Shown piece by piece: positions 8,601-17,157 of a DNA stretch of 21,682 bases. The notes under the pieces are model-generated. The model saw nothing but the letters and a program-made list of their open reading frames with translations. It ran no database searches and was not told the origin of the DNA. How positions within the stretch are numbered: position 1 is the first letter of the stretch; every line of letters starts with the position of its first letter. The position numbers and the translations under genes are program-made. The stretch spans positions 64,001 through 85,682 of the IMG/VR virus record IMGVR_UViG_3300028797_000009; one strand, given 5' to 3'. Source of the stretch: a virus (lineage: Duplodnaviria > Heunggongvirae > Uroviricota > Caudoviricetes).

Positions 8601-10911
8601 CGTAAATCAGATTAGTTCTAGTACTACTAGTATGAGCCCTGGTATGAGCAAGGTTTCACAAGTTGAAGGTTTGATTATAAAAGGTGCAGTTGCTATTGTG
8701 GCTATTGCTGTGGCTATTGCGGCTATGGCTGGGGCTTTATGGGTAGTAAATAAGGCTCTTGAAAATGTGGATTTGGGTAGATTGGCTCTTGAATTAGTAT
8801 TAATTGTGGCTGTTACTGCGGCTATGGGTCTAATCGCTAACGCTATTGCTAAAGTTGATTGGAAAACTATGGCTAAAGGATTATTAGTCATAGTGGGGAT
8901 TGCCGCCACTGTCGCCGTTCTAGGCTTAGCTCTTGGTGTTGTGGATGCTTCTATCAAATCTGATTTCGGTGCTCTTGCCCAAAAGATTGGTGCTATTGCT
9001 CTTGCTGTAGTAGCAATGGGTGTCTTAGCAGGGGTAATTGGGGCAATCATGGCTACTGGTGTGGCGGCTATTGTTATGGGTGCCGGTCTTGTTGCTATGT
9101 TAGCAATGGCTGGTGCATATGCTTTAATTGCGGTTGAGTTGAAAGTTCTTCAAAGTATCGATTTGGATGCTGGGAAGATTATTGAAAAAGTTAATCTTAT
9201 TAAATATATTCTCGAGAAAATTGGACCAGATGGAGGAATTTTAGAGAACATCGCCGAAATTGCAAAAATGTTCTTGGAGATGATTAAGACGATTGAGTTA
9301 GCCGTAATTGTCGCTATGTATGCCGGCATCGCCAAGGAACTTGAACTTTTGCAGAAAATTAAGATTAACCCAGAGAAAGTTATTGCTAAGGTCAATCTTA
9401 TTAAAGATGTAATCAATATTATTGGTGGAAGTGGGCAAGGTTCCATTCTAGACCAGTTGAAATCTGTCGTTAGTATGTTCATGGAAATGGCAAAAACGAT
9501 TGCCATTGGGATTATTGTCCAAACATATGCCGATATGGCCGACAATCTCGATAAAATTCAGAACATTGAGATTGATAAAGAAGCAATTATTGCTAAAGTT
9601 AAACTCCTCGGTGAAATTTGTGAGACGGTTGCAAACCCAACTTTGAGTAATGGTAAAGATATTTGGGAAGCGCTTGGCGATGCTATAAAGATGATGCTTC
9701 AAGCAGGTGCAACAGAAAATGCTGCTAAGATTTTGGGCGTCTATTCTGATATGGGTGATAGTTTGAATAAGATTCAAAATATCAAGGCTGATTTTGGCGC
9801 TGTTCAGAATGCTGTAAATGAATTAGGTAAAGTAGTTCAATTAGTAATCGATATGAAGGGTGATGGTGGTATATTTGGAGCCATTAATAACTTCTTCACG
9901 GGTAACCCAATTACTGTTGATAAAGTCAATGAAGTAGTAGAGATTCTTAAAAAATTGTCTCAAATTGGTGAAGCAATCAATGGTATGCCTGGTGTTTGGG
10001 TTGATGGTGCTAAGGAAAAGATTCACGCTGTCACAGAAGTAATTAATAAGATTCGTGATATTAAAGATATTGGCGATATTGATAAAAAGAGAAATACTGT
10101 CGAAAATGCTACAGAGATTGCGAAGAAATTAATTGAGCTAGAAAAGACACTAGAAAAATCTAAAGGTGAAGATAAAACTGGTATAATTTCCGCCCTCTTG
10201 AATACTATGTCTATTTTGTTAGATGGTGTCGAAAAGACTCTTCGAGACAGACTTGTAGATATGGATACTCTGGGTAGAGATATTGTTTCACACTTTATCT
10301 CAGGTATGGATAGCCAACGAGGGCTTTTGAATGAAGCCGCCGCTAGAGTTCAAGGTGCTATTTGGGATACTATCGAAGCCAAGATGAGAGATGAGTTCTA
10401 TCAGGGCGAAGCATTGGCTAAGAATTTGAAAAATGGTTTTGAAAGTGTGTCATTTAAGACAAGTGGTGAAAATGCCGTTCAAGGCTTTATTGACGGGTCT
10501 AATGGTAAGCTTTCTGCTGTTTATAAAGTAGGTAGGGATATTGCAGACAGATTCTTGAAGGGATTGAAAGATAGAGGGAAAGAAGGTTCTCCGTGGAAAA
10601 CGACATTTGAAAGTGGTGCTTGGGCTGGATTAGGTCTGGCAGAAGGTATTGCTTCAACGGAAGATTTGGTAGTAGGTGAGGCAAAAAGTCTTGCCGACCA
10701 AGTGATTGATGCGCTCACTATGGAAGATGTACCATTTAGCACGGATTTGAGTGCTTCGGTTAGTGGTTCTTCTTTGCCGATGATGGATATGGATGGCACA
10801 AATTATGGAGATAAGCGTCCTGTTCAGATTAACCAAACAAATAATAATTACACAAACTACTCAATGCAAAAACTTAACACCGATTTGGCTTGGGAAATTT
10901 CAAAGGTTTAA
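5686..10911 (+). CDS. Tail tape measure protein
   Basis: 1741 aa. N-terminal tape-measure domain (NPFQRIDVTSATKQLVQFG...GVPIYRELAKQL), GIHSPSTVM and GSPWK motifs, hydrophobic segments, internal ~67-72 aa repeats. Confidence 0.93.
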   Translation: MPTHGGTVRWIIEADDSQFNQTLDNVEKRAETTVKVLNRQDTSFWGSLSKGAKETSFSMGELASSLANVGWTAFNLGATSAVTALTSLVRKGVQATDFLETSRIAMAGLTGSVEAGNEAMSIAADYWSNNPFQRIDVTSATKQLVQFGRNTGQLAGDLKILGDVSLSSGVKIDELARYYARVSASGRAMTMDLEMMSDRGVPIYRELAKQLNTTTQGVRELASQGKIGFEEFRKAMESSVNPEAMEAYENTLARQMDRFKGSLQQLGAALAGYKVVNNEVIISEQGLEKAWMRLVKTLATALRSDKLKEALTTLGETLAKILDKVSAIIPKVVDWLAKVVKFLSENKALLAGVAGVATYFVGGLASKLPIVGGVIEKITGSAKGLVNVFTNLFKKNPLLAVFLGLLTTGLVTAYKNSENFRNSISRLFSALGKLLQKIIPIFQAFVDIIVTIVSSDEFIWIMETLANVLASIAEALASIPTDVLTSLVTAFLMFSLLDSKPILGYAAAIMYIIAVVKKFGPAMIEGIKNTFENVGTAIYNAGKNFIIGFQNGINEGVKAVYNFLKQIAETMVATFQKALGIHSPSTVMAEQGKYVVLGLAEGITNNKSVAQKAMDMLASDILQSIEKIISNKIDFGLLDYPKQYQEWKKVSKMFAVGSQQYQTAIEKMEEARKQANLQILSLQRDYNDTLDSTISKIAKMYGLFDKVDTSGGKSSTDIISDLDQQVAALQNFASTKEALNNIGLETGLVDELQEMGIDAAQELATIAQMSGDEIARLNELWLAKQEQANRAGIEEVKNLKEKTLDQVDEIRKGIDGETIELQDVGGRLVENIAEGIYGAMPTLEDAFAQMGTYMAKAAKELGGSGSGSTGGITPDDIADPLKNTLNEAQNSLNKFAEDFGINMMKSIGIGLVGGIALKWIAPKLISFFKDKVLHKGVQDTIANQLLKSGIGKTGGAGELAKAAQESSKTATSVNQISSSTTSMSPGMSKVSQVEGLIIKGAVAIVAIAVAIAAMAGALWVVNKALENVDLGRLALELVLIVAVTAAMGLIANAIAKVDWKTMAKGLLVIVGIAATVAVLGLALGVVDASIKSDFGALAQKIGAIALAVVAMGVLAGVIGAIMATGVAAIVMGAGLVAMLAMAGAYALIAVELKVLQSIDLDAGKIIEKVNLIKYILEKIGPDGGILENIAEIAKMFLEMIKTIELAVIVAMYAGIAKELELLQKIKINPEKVIAKVNLIKDVINIIGGSGQGSILDQLKSVVSMFMEMAKTIAIGIIVQTYADMADNLDKIQNIEIDKEAIIAKVKLLGEICETVANPTLSNGKDIWEALGDAIKMMLQAGATENAAKILGVYSDMGDSLNKIQNIKADFGAVQNAVNELGKVVQLVIDMKGDGGIFGAINNFFTGNPITVDKVNEVVEILKKLSQIGEAINGMPGVWVDGAKEKIHAVTEVINKIRDIKDIGDIDKKRNTVENATEIAKKLIELEKTLEKSKGEDKTGIISALLNTMSILLDGVEKTLRDRLVDMDTLGRDIVSHFISGMDSQRGLLNEAAARVQGAIWDTIEAKMRDEFYQGEALAKNLKNGFESVSFKTSGENAVQGFIDGSNGKLSAVYKVGRDIADRFLKGLKDRGKEGSPWKTTFESGAWAGLGLAEGIASTEDLVVGEAKSLADQVIDALTMEDVPFSTDLSASVSGSSLPMMDMDGTNYGDKRPVQINQTNNNYTNYSMQKLNTDLAWEISKV

Positions 10912-10934
10912 CTAATGTATAATAGGGCTTAAAG

Positions 10935-11786
10935 ATGATTTTTAGAATTGGCGACGATATAGTATTAGGGGGTAATTCAAAGTATCATTTAAGTGCACCA
11001 CTTTCTGGTTTGACGGCACCAGATATTAGAACTGGTGATGGGCTTTATGCTGGGGTAGATGGTGGATATATTTCTTCACAGTTGTATGGTTTTAGGACAA
11101 TTATTCTTCAAGGTTTTTATATTGGAGATACTTGCGAAGAGGCTGACCAACTTCGGTCTGATTTGATGGCTAAATTGCATATTAGGTATCTGTATCCTGT
11201 ATTTATCAAGACTTTTTCTGGTAGAAACTATTTTGTAGAAGGTTATATTTCTGATATTAAATCAGATGTCGCAAATCCTCGAAGTGGAGAGTTCCAGATT
11301 TCTATTTTGTGCCCAGACCCGATTATCTATGATGGTGGTGATGGTTTGACAACCGATTCATCGTGGGTAGAGGTTGTCTTTTATAAAGAGCAGGGTGGCG
11401 GTTTTACGATTCCGTATGAAGTTCCGGTTACATGGTCGTCTGGCCAGACTACTACGGTAGTTAATAGTGGCGATGTTGATGCTTACCCTATAATTACGCT
11501 AAAAGGTATAGTTCATGACGCTAAAATTAGGAATCTAACGACTGGTGAGTTTATTTTATTAAATACTCCTGCTGGTGAAACTGTGGCTAACAGTGATATA
11601 ACGATAATTGATATGAAACAACGGATTATCACAAAAAATGGTCTGTCTATTGCTTCATGGAAAGATGTCGATTCTACTTGGTGGGCTCTTATTCCTGGTA
11701 ATAATAAGGTAGTTCTAGAAACTAGTAGCTCTAACGATATTTCGTCTGGTAGTATAAAGTATAAATTTGGGTATAGAGGTATCTAA
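10935..11786 (+). CDS. Distal tail protein (Dit)
   Basis: Follows the tape measure gene. FQISILCPDP, VVNSGDVDAYPIITLKG and WWALIPGNN are Sipho_tail/Dit hallmarks. Confidence 0.85.
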   Translation: MIFRIGDDIVLGGNSKYHLSAPLSGLTAPDIRTGDGLYAGVDGGYISSQLYGFRTIILQGFYIGDTCEEADQLRSDLMAKLHIRYLYPVFIKTFSGRNYFVEGYISDIKSDVANPRSGEFQISILCPDPIIYDGGDGLTTDSSWVEVVFYKEQGGGFTIPYEVPVTWSSGQTTTVVNSGDVDAYPIITLKGIVHDAKIRNLTTGEFILLNTPAGETVANSDITIIDMKQRIITKNGLSIASWKDVDSTWWALIPGNNKVVLETSSSNDISSGSIKYKFGYRGI

Positions 11787-13759
11787 TGGATAAATCTAGG
11801 GAGTTAGAGGTTGTATCTTACGATATTGAAATCTGGGATTGGAAAACGGGGCAGTATGTCGCTGATATTTCCTCTATTGTGAACTCTGATTTGGATATTG
11901 AGTGGATTTTGGATGATGTCGAAACTGTTACTTTTTCTATTGATTTAGTTCAATTTGAGAAGAAGTGTGAAGCGATGGGGGTTTCTCCTGCTGATGTTCT
12001 TACTCCGTACGTCCACGATATTCGTATTCGTAGAAATGGTGAATATATTATTGGCGCTCAGGTTGTAGAAACTAACTTCCAAATCAATAATGATGCTCCT
12101 GTTAGTATCCAAGTTAAATGTACGGGATTTTTGAATTTGTTCAAAGACCAATATATTACTGAATCTTGGAGTGGCTATACTTATGCAGAAATTGCTAGAA
12201 AACTAGTGGAGGGCGCTCAAAAAGCAGAGAATTTGGTGAAGAACCCAACGGCAGATATTGATGTTTCTTACTGGCTATGTCCGGTGGGGGTTATGGCTAG
12301 GACGACCGCCTCGGCCAATGTTCATAGTGGGGATGGGGCAGTGGCAATTGCTGCTTCTTCTGCTGGTTGGGTTGGTGCTGGAACTCAAATGAATGCCTCA
12401 TCTGGTGATAGGGTTCATTTTGATGTTTGGGTGAAAGGTGTTTCTGGAAAGACTATTTATTTTAGGGAAAGAGAGTTAATCACCACGAGTGATAACCAAG
12501 TTACAATCACTAGTGTTCAGGGAAATGGAAGTTGGCAACACCAGGAATTAGATTTTTCGGTTACTTTTGATAAAGGGTATTTTTATATTGAACAAGATAC
12601 TAGCACTGCGTTGTATATAGATGATTGTTATGTTTATCCAAAAGATGAAGTTGAAAATTCGCTGTGTAATTTGAATGTTTCTCTTGGGGTGGATACGGCC
12701 TCATTGTCTCAAAGTAATACTCGTCAAAGAAACTATCAACTTCAAAATATCAAGGACGCTTTGATTAATTTAACTTGTTTGGAAGAAGATAATTTCGATT
12801 TTTGGTTTGATGAGGATAGGACTTTCAATTGTGCTTCGAGAAAAGGTTCCGATAAACTAAATTTGAAAGTCGTATATCCTGGTAATATTCATCAGATGTC
12901 TATTACTAGGTCTGCCGCAAATCTGGCTAATAAGATTATTAATATCGGCTCTGGGATTGGGGATGAGCGTTTGGAGGTAGTAACTTCGAATGTCGCTTCT
13001 CGCCAACTATATGGCACAAGAGAAAGTGTAGTGACTTATAATAATGTTCAACTTGAACAAACTTTATCTGAACACGGAATAGGTGATTTATGGGATAAAA
13101 AAGACCCAACTAATTTGCCAAAAATTACAATCAGGGATGGCTCTATAAACCCGTCAAACATCGAAGTGGGTGATGTTGTTTATGTCGGCGTTGAAAGTGA
13201 TGATTATTTAGGGACTGTAAGTGGTTTTTATCGTGTCGGTCAATTACAAGTGAGTGTCGATAGTGAGCATGTTGAAACTGTGAATTTAACTCTTGAACCT
13301 CCAATTATTCGTCCAGTACCAGTAATGGTACGGTATATAAAAGATACGATTAATGGTAATACTGTTAACTCTGGAAATCATTGGAACGAAATCGAGGTTT
13401 GGATGAATGGCGTGAATATTGCTAGTGGGTTAGTGCCAACTCCAACCGGGACTGTTTCGAGTGGCTGGCCTATGTCAAATGCAACCGATGGGGTTCTAAC
13501 CAACTATGCAGGTGTCTCTTCGACTGGTACTCAATCTATAACAATCGATTTGGGTGCTGAATACCCAATAGATTACGTAAAAGTATGGCACTATTATCAG
13601 GATGGAAGGAGATATAACGATTGTACGCTATCTGTCGGCGCAACAAATAAAACAGGGAATACTCCTCTTGATATAATCTTATGGCAATATTCTGGTGCCG
13701 CTTATAAAGAAACAAGCTCTGGGCATCAATCTAAGTGGGTTCAAGGGTTGAATATGTAA
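11786..13759 (+). CDS. Baseplate hub/Tal-like minor tail protein with CBM4/9-like insertion and C-terminal discoidin (F5/8C)-like domain
   Basis: Follows Dit (TAATG coupling). The hub fold is interrupted by NLVKNP...HSGDGA...VHFDVWVKG...WQH...LYIDDCY. C-terminal ATDG...ITIDLGAEYPIDYVKVWHYYQDGR. Confidence 0.8.
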   Translation: MDKSRELEVVSYDIEIWDWKTGQYVADISSIVNSDLDIEWILDDVETVTFSIDLVQFEKKCEAMGVSPADVLTPYVHDIRIRRNGEYIIGAQVVETNFQINNDAPVSIQVKCTGFLNLFKDQYITESWSGYTYAEIARKLVEGAQKAENLVKNPTADIDVSYWLCPVGVMARTTASANVHSGDGAVAIAASSAGWVGAGTQMNASSGDRVHFDVWVKGVSGKTIYFRERELITTSDNQVTITSVQGNGSWQHQELDFSVTFDKGYFYIEQDTSTALYIDDCYVYPKDEVENSLCNLNVSLGVDTASLSQSNTRQRNYQLQNIKDALINLTCLEEDNFDFWFDEDRTFNCASRKGSDKLNLKVVYPGNIHQMSITRSAANLANKIINIGSGIGDERLEVVTSNVASRQLYGTRESVVTYNNVQLEQTLSEHGIGDLWDKKDPTNLPKITIRDGSINPSNIEVGDVVYVGVESDDYLGTVSGFYRVGQLQVSVDSEHVETVNLTLEPPIIRPVPVMVRYIKDTINGNTVNSGNHWNEIEVWMNGVNIASGLVPTPTGTVSSGWPMSNATDGVLTNYAGVSSTGTQSITIDLGAEYPIDYVKVWHYYQDGRRYNDCTLSVGATNKTGNTPLDIILWQYSGAAYKETSSGHQSKWVQGLNM

Positions 13760-14286
13760 TGTGTGTGAAATGGGTTTTGAGTAAAATGGGTCAACTGAAA
13801 ACATATAACGATGCTAATTTGGCGAATAGACTTGTTAAAGCGGAACAGGCCTTAAAAGAGTTAAAAACAAATCAGTTCTATTTTATGAATGATGCCGCTA
13901 TGTATGAGAGCGATAAACAAGTTTTTAATGTTGAGAGTCATAGCTATGATGGGTATTCTTATAAAAGGGCTTGGGTAGGGTTCTTAACATTTACTGGGAA
14001 CAAGCCAGATAAAGACGTGATAATAGTTCCAAAAGCGGAGGCTATCGACGATAATGGGAATGTTTATCCTTTCAAACCATTATGGTCTAGTACTGATGGT
14101 TCTCCTGAAATTCTTTTATCCACCCCGTTCAAAGATTCCGATAGGTCTAATGTGTGTAGGGCAATCTTACAAATTGAAGGAATAAAATATACTGGCTACC
14201 CTAGTTTTACAAAATTAAGGATATGGTGTGTTTCAAATGATATTGGAAAGTTAGAAATAAAACAAGAACAATATGAGTGGTATTAA
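13759..14286 (+). CDS. Small tail-associated protein, paralog 1 (N-terminal coiled-coil LANRLVKAEQALKELKTNQ)
   Basis: TAATG-coupled start at 13759 (alternative ATG 13786). Shares its N-terminal motif with the next two genes. Confidence 0.6.
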   Translation: MCVKWVLSKMGQLKTYNDANLANRLVKAEQALKELKTNQFYFMNDAAMYESDKQVFNVESHSYDGYSYKRAWVGFLTFTGNKPDKDVIIVPKAEAIDDNGNVYPFKPLWSSTDGSPEILLSTPFKDSDRSNVCRAILQIEGIKYTGYPSFTKLRIWCVSNDIGKLEIKQEQYEWY

Positions 14287-14287
14287 T

Positions 14288-14725
14288 ATGGATTTGGCGG
14301 ATAGAATTGTCGCTTTAGAACAAGGGATAAAAGAGTTAAAAACATCTCAATCCGTTGGGAGTGGGTCAAATATTTTAATTCCAGTCAAAAATGTAAACTA
14401 TGTGTTCAATTATGATGGAGTCCAAGGTTTTAACAGGATTTATGTCTTTGAGGCAACAAGTAGGTTTTTCCCGATTGTTGCTCCAAAATTAACTGCGACT
14501 TTTAATGGTTCACCTACAAATGTTCCAGAGTTTACTTACGATGCTTATGGGATATATTATCCTAGTTACTATTCTCCGTCTAACCCAAAACAATCGATTT
14601 TTGAGCTAACTGTTAACCCAGACTATCCTTATACTCCTGGGACATACACTGTAAGTGGAGTAATTTATGCAAATTGTTATGGGACTCTAAGAGCATTTTT
14701 ATCTGATGGGAGTGAAGTAGAATAA
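14288..14725 (+). CDS. Small tail-associated protein, paralog 2 (LADRIVALEQGIKELKTSQ)
   Basis: TAATATG junction as at 3590/3592 and 17156/17158. Shared N-terminal motif. Confidence 0.6.
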   Translation: MDLADRIVALEQGIKELKTSQSVGSGSNILIPVKNVNYVFNYDGVQGFNRIYVFEATSRFFPIVAPKLTATFNGSPTNVPEFTYDAYGIYYPSYYSPSNPKQSIFELTVNPDYPYTPGTYTVSGVIYANCYGTLRAFLSDGSEVE

Positions 14726-15123
14726 TGGACGAAGATTTAGCGAGTAGGATAAGTAGAGTCGAGGCTCAAATTGTTGAGTTAAAAACCTCTCAGAGAACCC
14801 AAAACGATAGCTATAATATCTATACCTACACAACTGGCAATTTGGCTTTTCCAGAAGGTTCAATTGGTATGAAAACATATAAATTTACCTTCTACCCGAA
14901 AAGTCAAAGAATAGACGATGTATTGTGTGAATTTTTTGTCTTTGACCCTTCTCAAGTAAACACGAGATTTTGGGGAACAGTTCATTTGGATACCCCTTTC
15001 ACTTGTGAGTTTACTGTTTACAGTTATACCCAATATGTTCCGACTTGGGCTAGGATAGTATATGGTTTGTGTGTCGCTAATTGCGAAGGGGAAATGAAAC
15101 TAGAATTAGTGAGTCAATCGTAA
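14725..15123 (+). CDS. Small tail-associated protein, paralog 3 (LASRISRVEAQIVELKTSQ)
   Basis: TAATG coupling and shared N-terminal motif. Confidence 0.6.
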   Translation: MDEDLASRISRVEAQIVELKTSQRTQNDSYNIYTYTTGNLAFPEGSIGMKTYKFTFYPKSQRIDDVLCEFFVFDPSQVNTRFWGTVHLDTPFTCEFTVYSYTQYVPTWARIVYGLCVANCEGEMKLELVSQS

Positions 15124-15124
15124 A

Positions 15125-15133
15125 TGCTATAAT
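15125..15133 (+). promoter_or_regulatory. Extended -10 promoter (TGcTATAAT) upstream of 15153 gene
   Basis: Exact TGnTATAAT in a 29-nt intergenic gap, with AAGGA SD at 15139-15143. Confidence 0.6.
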
Positions 15134-15152
15134 CTAATAAGGAATAAATACT

Positions 15153-15836
15153 ATGTCAAGATATGTATCAAACAGAAATAACTCAAGTGGGAAAACTGAT
15201 GAAAATGGGCATTTTCGTTTCCCATTGAAACTTGTGGATGGGTTTATCTTAAAGGGGCTTGAAGTTCAGGCTCAATCTACGCCTACTATGAACTTAAATA
15301 TTACGGCCGGTGAGATTAAAATTCCATCTACTCAATGGCCTCAAAATAATATTGACTACTTTGATGCCGATTATTCATATGCTGCTTGGTCCGATGCCAC
15401 TGAAACTGTTTCTATATCGGCGGCTGATTCGTCTAACCCTCGTATAGATAGGATTGTTGCATATATTGATTTGAGTGTTTTGAGCACTTCTAATAACAAC
15501 TTGAATGCGTTGAAGTTTGCCGTCATAAAGGGTAGTGCTAGCGCTAGCCCTTCGGCGAAGAGTAATACAACTGTCAACTCTACTTCTCCATTGAGTAGCA
15601 CTAATCCTTGGGTAGAATTAGCAAGGGTGAATGTTCCAAAAGGTGCTACTTCAATTACGTCTGCTAATATTGACACGTCCCACAGGTCAATGGTGAGTCT
15701 ATCCTCGAATGTGGGTATTCCTAATATCACTACTTCTGATGGTTCAAAAATACAGTTTGCAGTAATTAATGAAGGCGACCCTCTTCCATCTGCAACTGCT
15801 GGTGTTATAACAATAGTCTTAGTCGCTAAAAGTTAG
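15153..15836 (+). CDS. Minor tail/fibre-associated structural protein
   Basis: GLEVQAQSTPTMNLNITAG...ADSSNPRIDRIVAYID...ELARVNVPKGATSIT resembles a common phage minor tail domain. Located in the tail module. Confidence 0.65.
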   Translation: MSRYVSNRNNSSGKTDENGHFRFPLKLVDGFILKGLEVQAQSTPTMNLNITAGEIKIPSTQWPQNNIDYFDADYSYAAWSDATETVSISAADSSNPRIDRIVAYIDLSVLSTSNNNLNALKFAVIKGSASASPSAKSNTTVNSTSPLSSTNPWVELARVNVPKGATSITSANIDTSHRSMVSLSSNVGIPNITTSDGSKIQFAVINEGDPLPSATAGVITIVLVAKS

Positions 15837-15844
15837 GAGTATTT

Positions 15845-16636
15845 ATGGGACAAGCACTCGGTTGGCAAAGGATGTCCTCTGGCAGTAGTCACCCATTTGT
15901 TCGGGGACGAGCATGGGTTGATTCTGTTACTAGGGTGGGGAATGTAGTAACCTACTCGATTAATTTTTGTATGAGTTTGGAGCGTAATGGTTACTGGAAT
16001 TATATCTGGTATGTCGATATGCAGATTGGCACAAATGCTTCAAATAATAGAAAAGTGAAAAATGCTACTTCGGGTTATTTAGGGACAACAGAATACTATC
16101 AATCTGTTTTTAATGGTAATTATACTGGTTCAATTACTGTTTCTGGCAAAGCATCAAAAATTACTTTGAAAGCGAAATTTCACGATTCATATGGCAATAC
16201 TGGCCCAGACTGTTATTGGGATATTGGCATTCCAGAAGCATCTTCTATGGATGATATAAGAGCAGAAGTTTCAGATATTACTACCGATTCTGCTACTGTA
16301 TCTGCGGCAATTACAAAAGCAGGCAACTATTCAACGATTAACTCTTGGAAAATTGAATATGGTGTGGATGATTACTCTGAGCACACAGATACAAAATCTG
16401 TTTCGGATTTGTCTGTGTCTTGGGATTTGAGTAGTTTAAGTGCCGATACTGCGTATAAGTATAGAATTACTGTCACGAGTACATCGGGGTATTCAAAAGA
16501 ATACACTGGCGTGTTTAACACAATTGAGGAAGATATTGGTTATAAAGTTATAACCGGTGAAAATGTAGAATTAACTGGGTGGATTATTTATCCTGATGGC
16601 ACTCTAAAGAAAATTAAAGAGATTCGCACGGTATGA
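15845..16636 (+). CDS. Minor tail protein with C-terminal fibronectin type III-like domain
   Basis: AGGAG SD. VSDITTDSATVS...W.IEYG...LSSLSADTAYKYRITVTSTSG is an FN3 pattern. Confidence 0.7.
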   Translation: MGQALGWQRMSSGSSHPFVRGRAWVDSVTRVGNVVTYSINFCMSLERNGYWNYIWYVDMQIGTNASNNRKVKNATSGYLGTTEYYQSVFNGNYTGSITVSGKASKITLKAKFHDSYGNTGPDCYWDIGIPEASSMDDIRAEVSDITTDSATVSAAITKAGNYSTINSWKIEYGVDDYSEHTDTKSVSDLSVSWDLSSLSADTAYKYRITVTSTSGYSKEYTGVFNTIEEDIGYKVITGENVELTGWIIYPDGTLKKIKEIRTV

Positions 16637-17034
16637 GTTCGAGGGCTTATCTAGTCGATTTAATTCACTCAATAGGTGAGAAAACTGCTTTGGTTGACCA
16701 TCTAGAAGAGAAGATTGATAATAATCCAGAACTTCAAGATTTAATAGAAAAAATACTTGTTTTAAGAAGAAAGCAGATGAATCAATTGCTTTCTTTGGGA
16801 GAAAACCCTAACCCAGAGTATTGGTGCGCTTTCAAACACGCAGTGAAGGCTTGGGTAATGGATTGCGAAGTATATGAGGCGACTCTGACCGAAGAGTCTA
16901 AACAAAATATGATTGAATCTTCAAATATCTTGGCTTCAATGATTTCTCTATTCTTGGGGATGGAGTTTGAGGATTGTGCGAGATGTCTGTATGACAAATT
17001 GCTAGTAAAACAAATTAAACAAGGAGAAAAATGA
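16633..17034 (+). CDS. Hypothetical helical protein with WCxxKH and CxxC motifs
   Basis: ATGA overlap, 133 aa, function unknown. Confidence 0.6.
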   Translation: MSSRAYLVDLIHSIGEKTALVDHLEEKIDNNPELQDLIEKILVLRRKQMNQLLSLGENPNPEYWCAFKHAVKAWVMDCEVYEATLTEESKQNMIESSNILASMISLFLGMEFEDCARCLYDKLLVKQIKQGEK

Positions 17035-17156
17035 ACTTTTTAGAAAAAATAAAATGTAAACTGCAAGGTGTGGGAGAGATAGAAGATATTACTCCTGCGA
17101 AAGAGTTAAAAGAGGTAAATCTTTCTGCTCAACCTATTCAGAATGAGGTGGACTAA
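17031..17156 (+). CDS. Small hypothetical protein, 41 aa (MNFLEKIKCKLQGVGEIEDITPAKELKEVNLSAQPIQNEVD); not in ORF track
   Basis: AAGGAG SD at 17021-17026, ATGA overlap with the upstream stop, TAATATG junction to the endolysin. Confidence 0.6.
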   Translation: MNFLEKIKCKLQGVGEIEDITPAKELKEVNLSAQPIQNEVD

Positions 17157-17157
17157 T

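Noticed and set aside
764-10836. Long antisense or alternate-frame ORFs (e.g. 764-1174, 1149-2087, 4376-4855, 8607-9050, 9150-9545, 15371-15730)
   Set aside because: They shadow well-supported + strand genes, have low-complexity Ser/Ile-rich translations expected from the antisense of biased codons, and lack SDs.
13759-16636. Diversity-generating retroelement or invertible tail-fibre cassette
   Set aside because: No reverse transcriptase, no ~100-nt template/variable repeat pair with adenine-specific mismatches, and no recombinase or inverted repeats are visible in the window.
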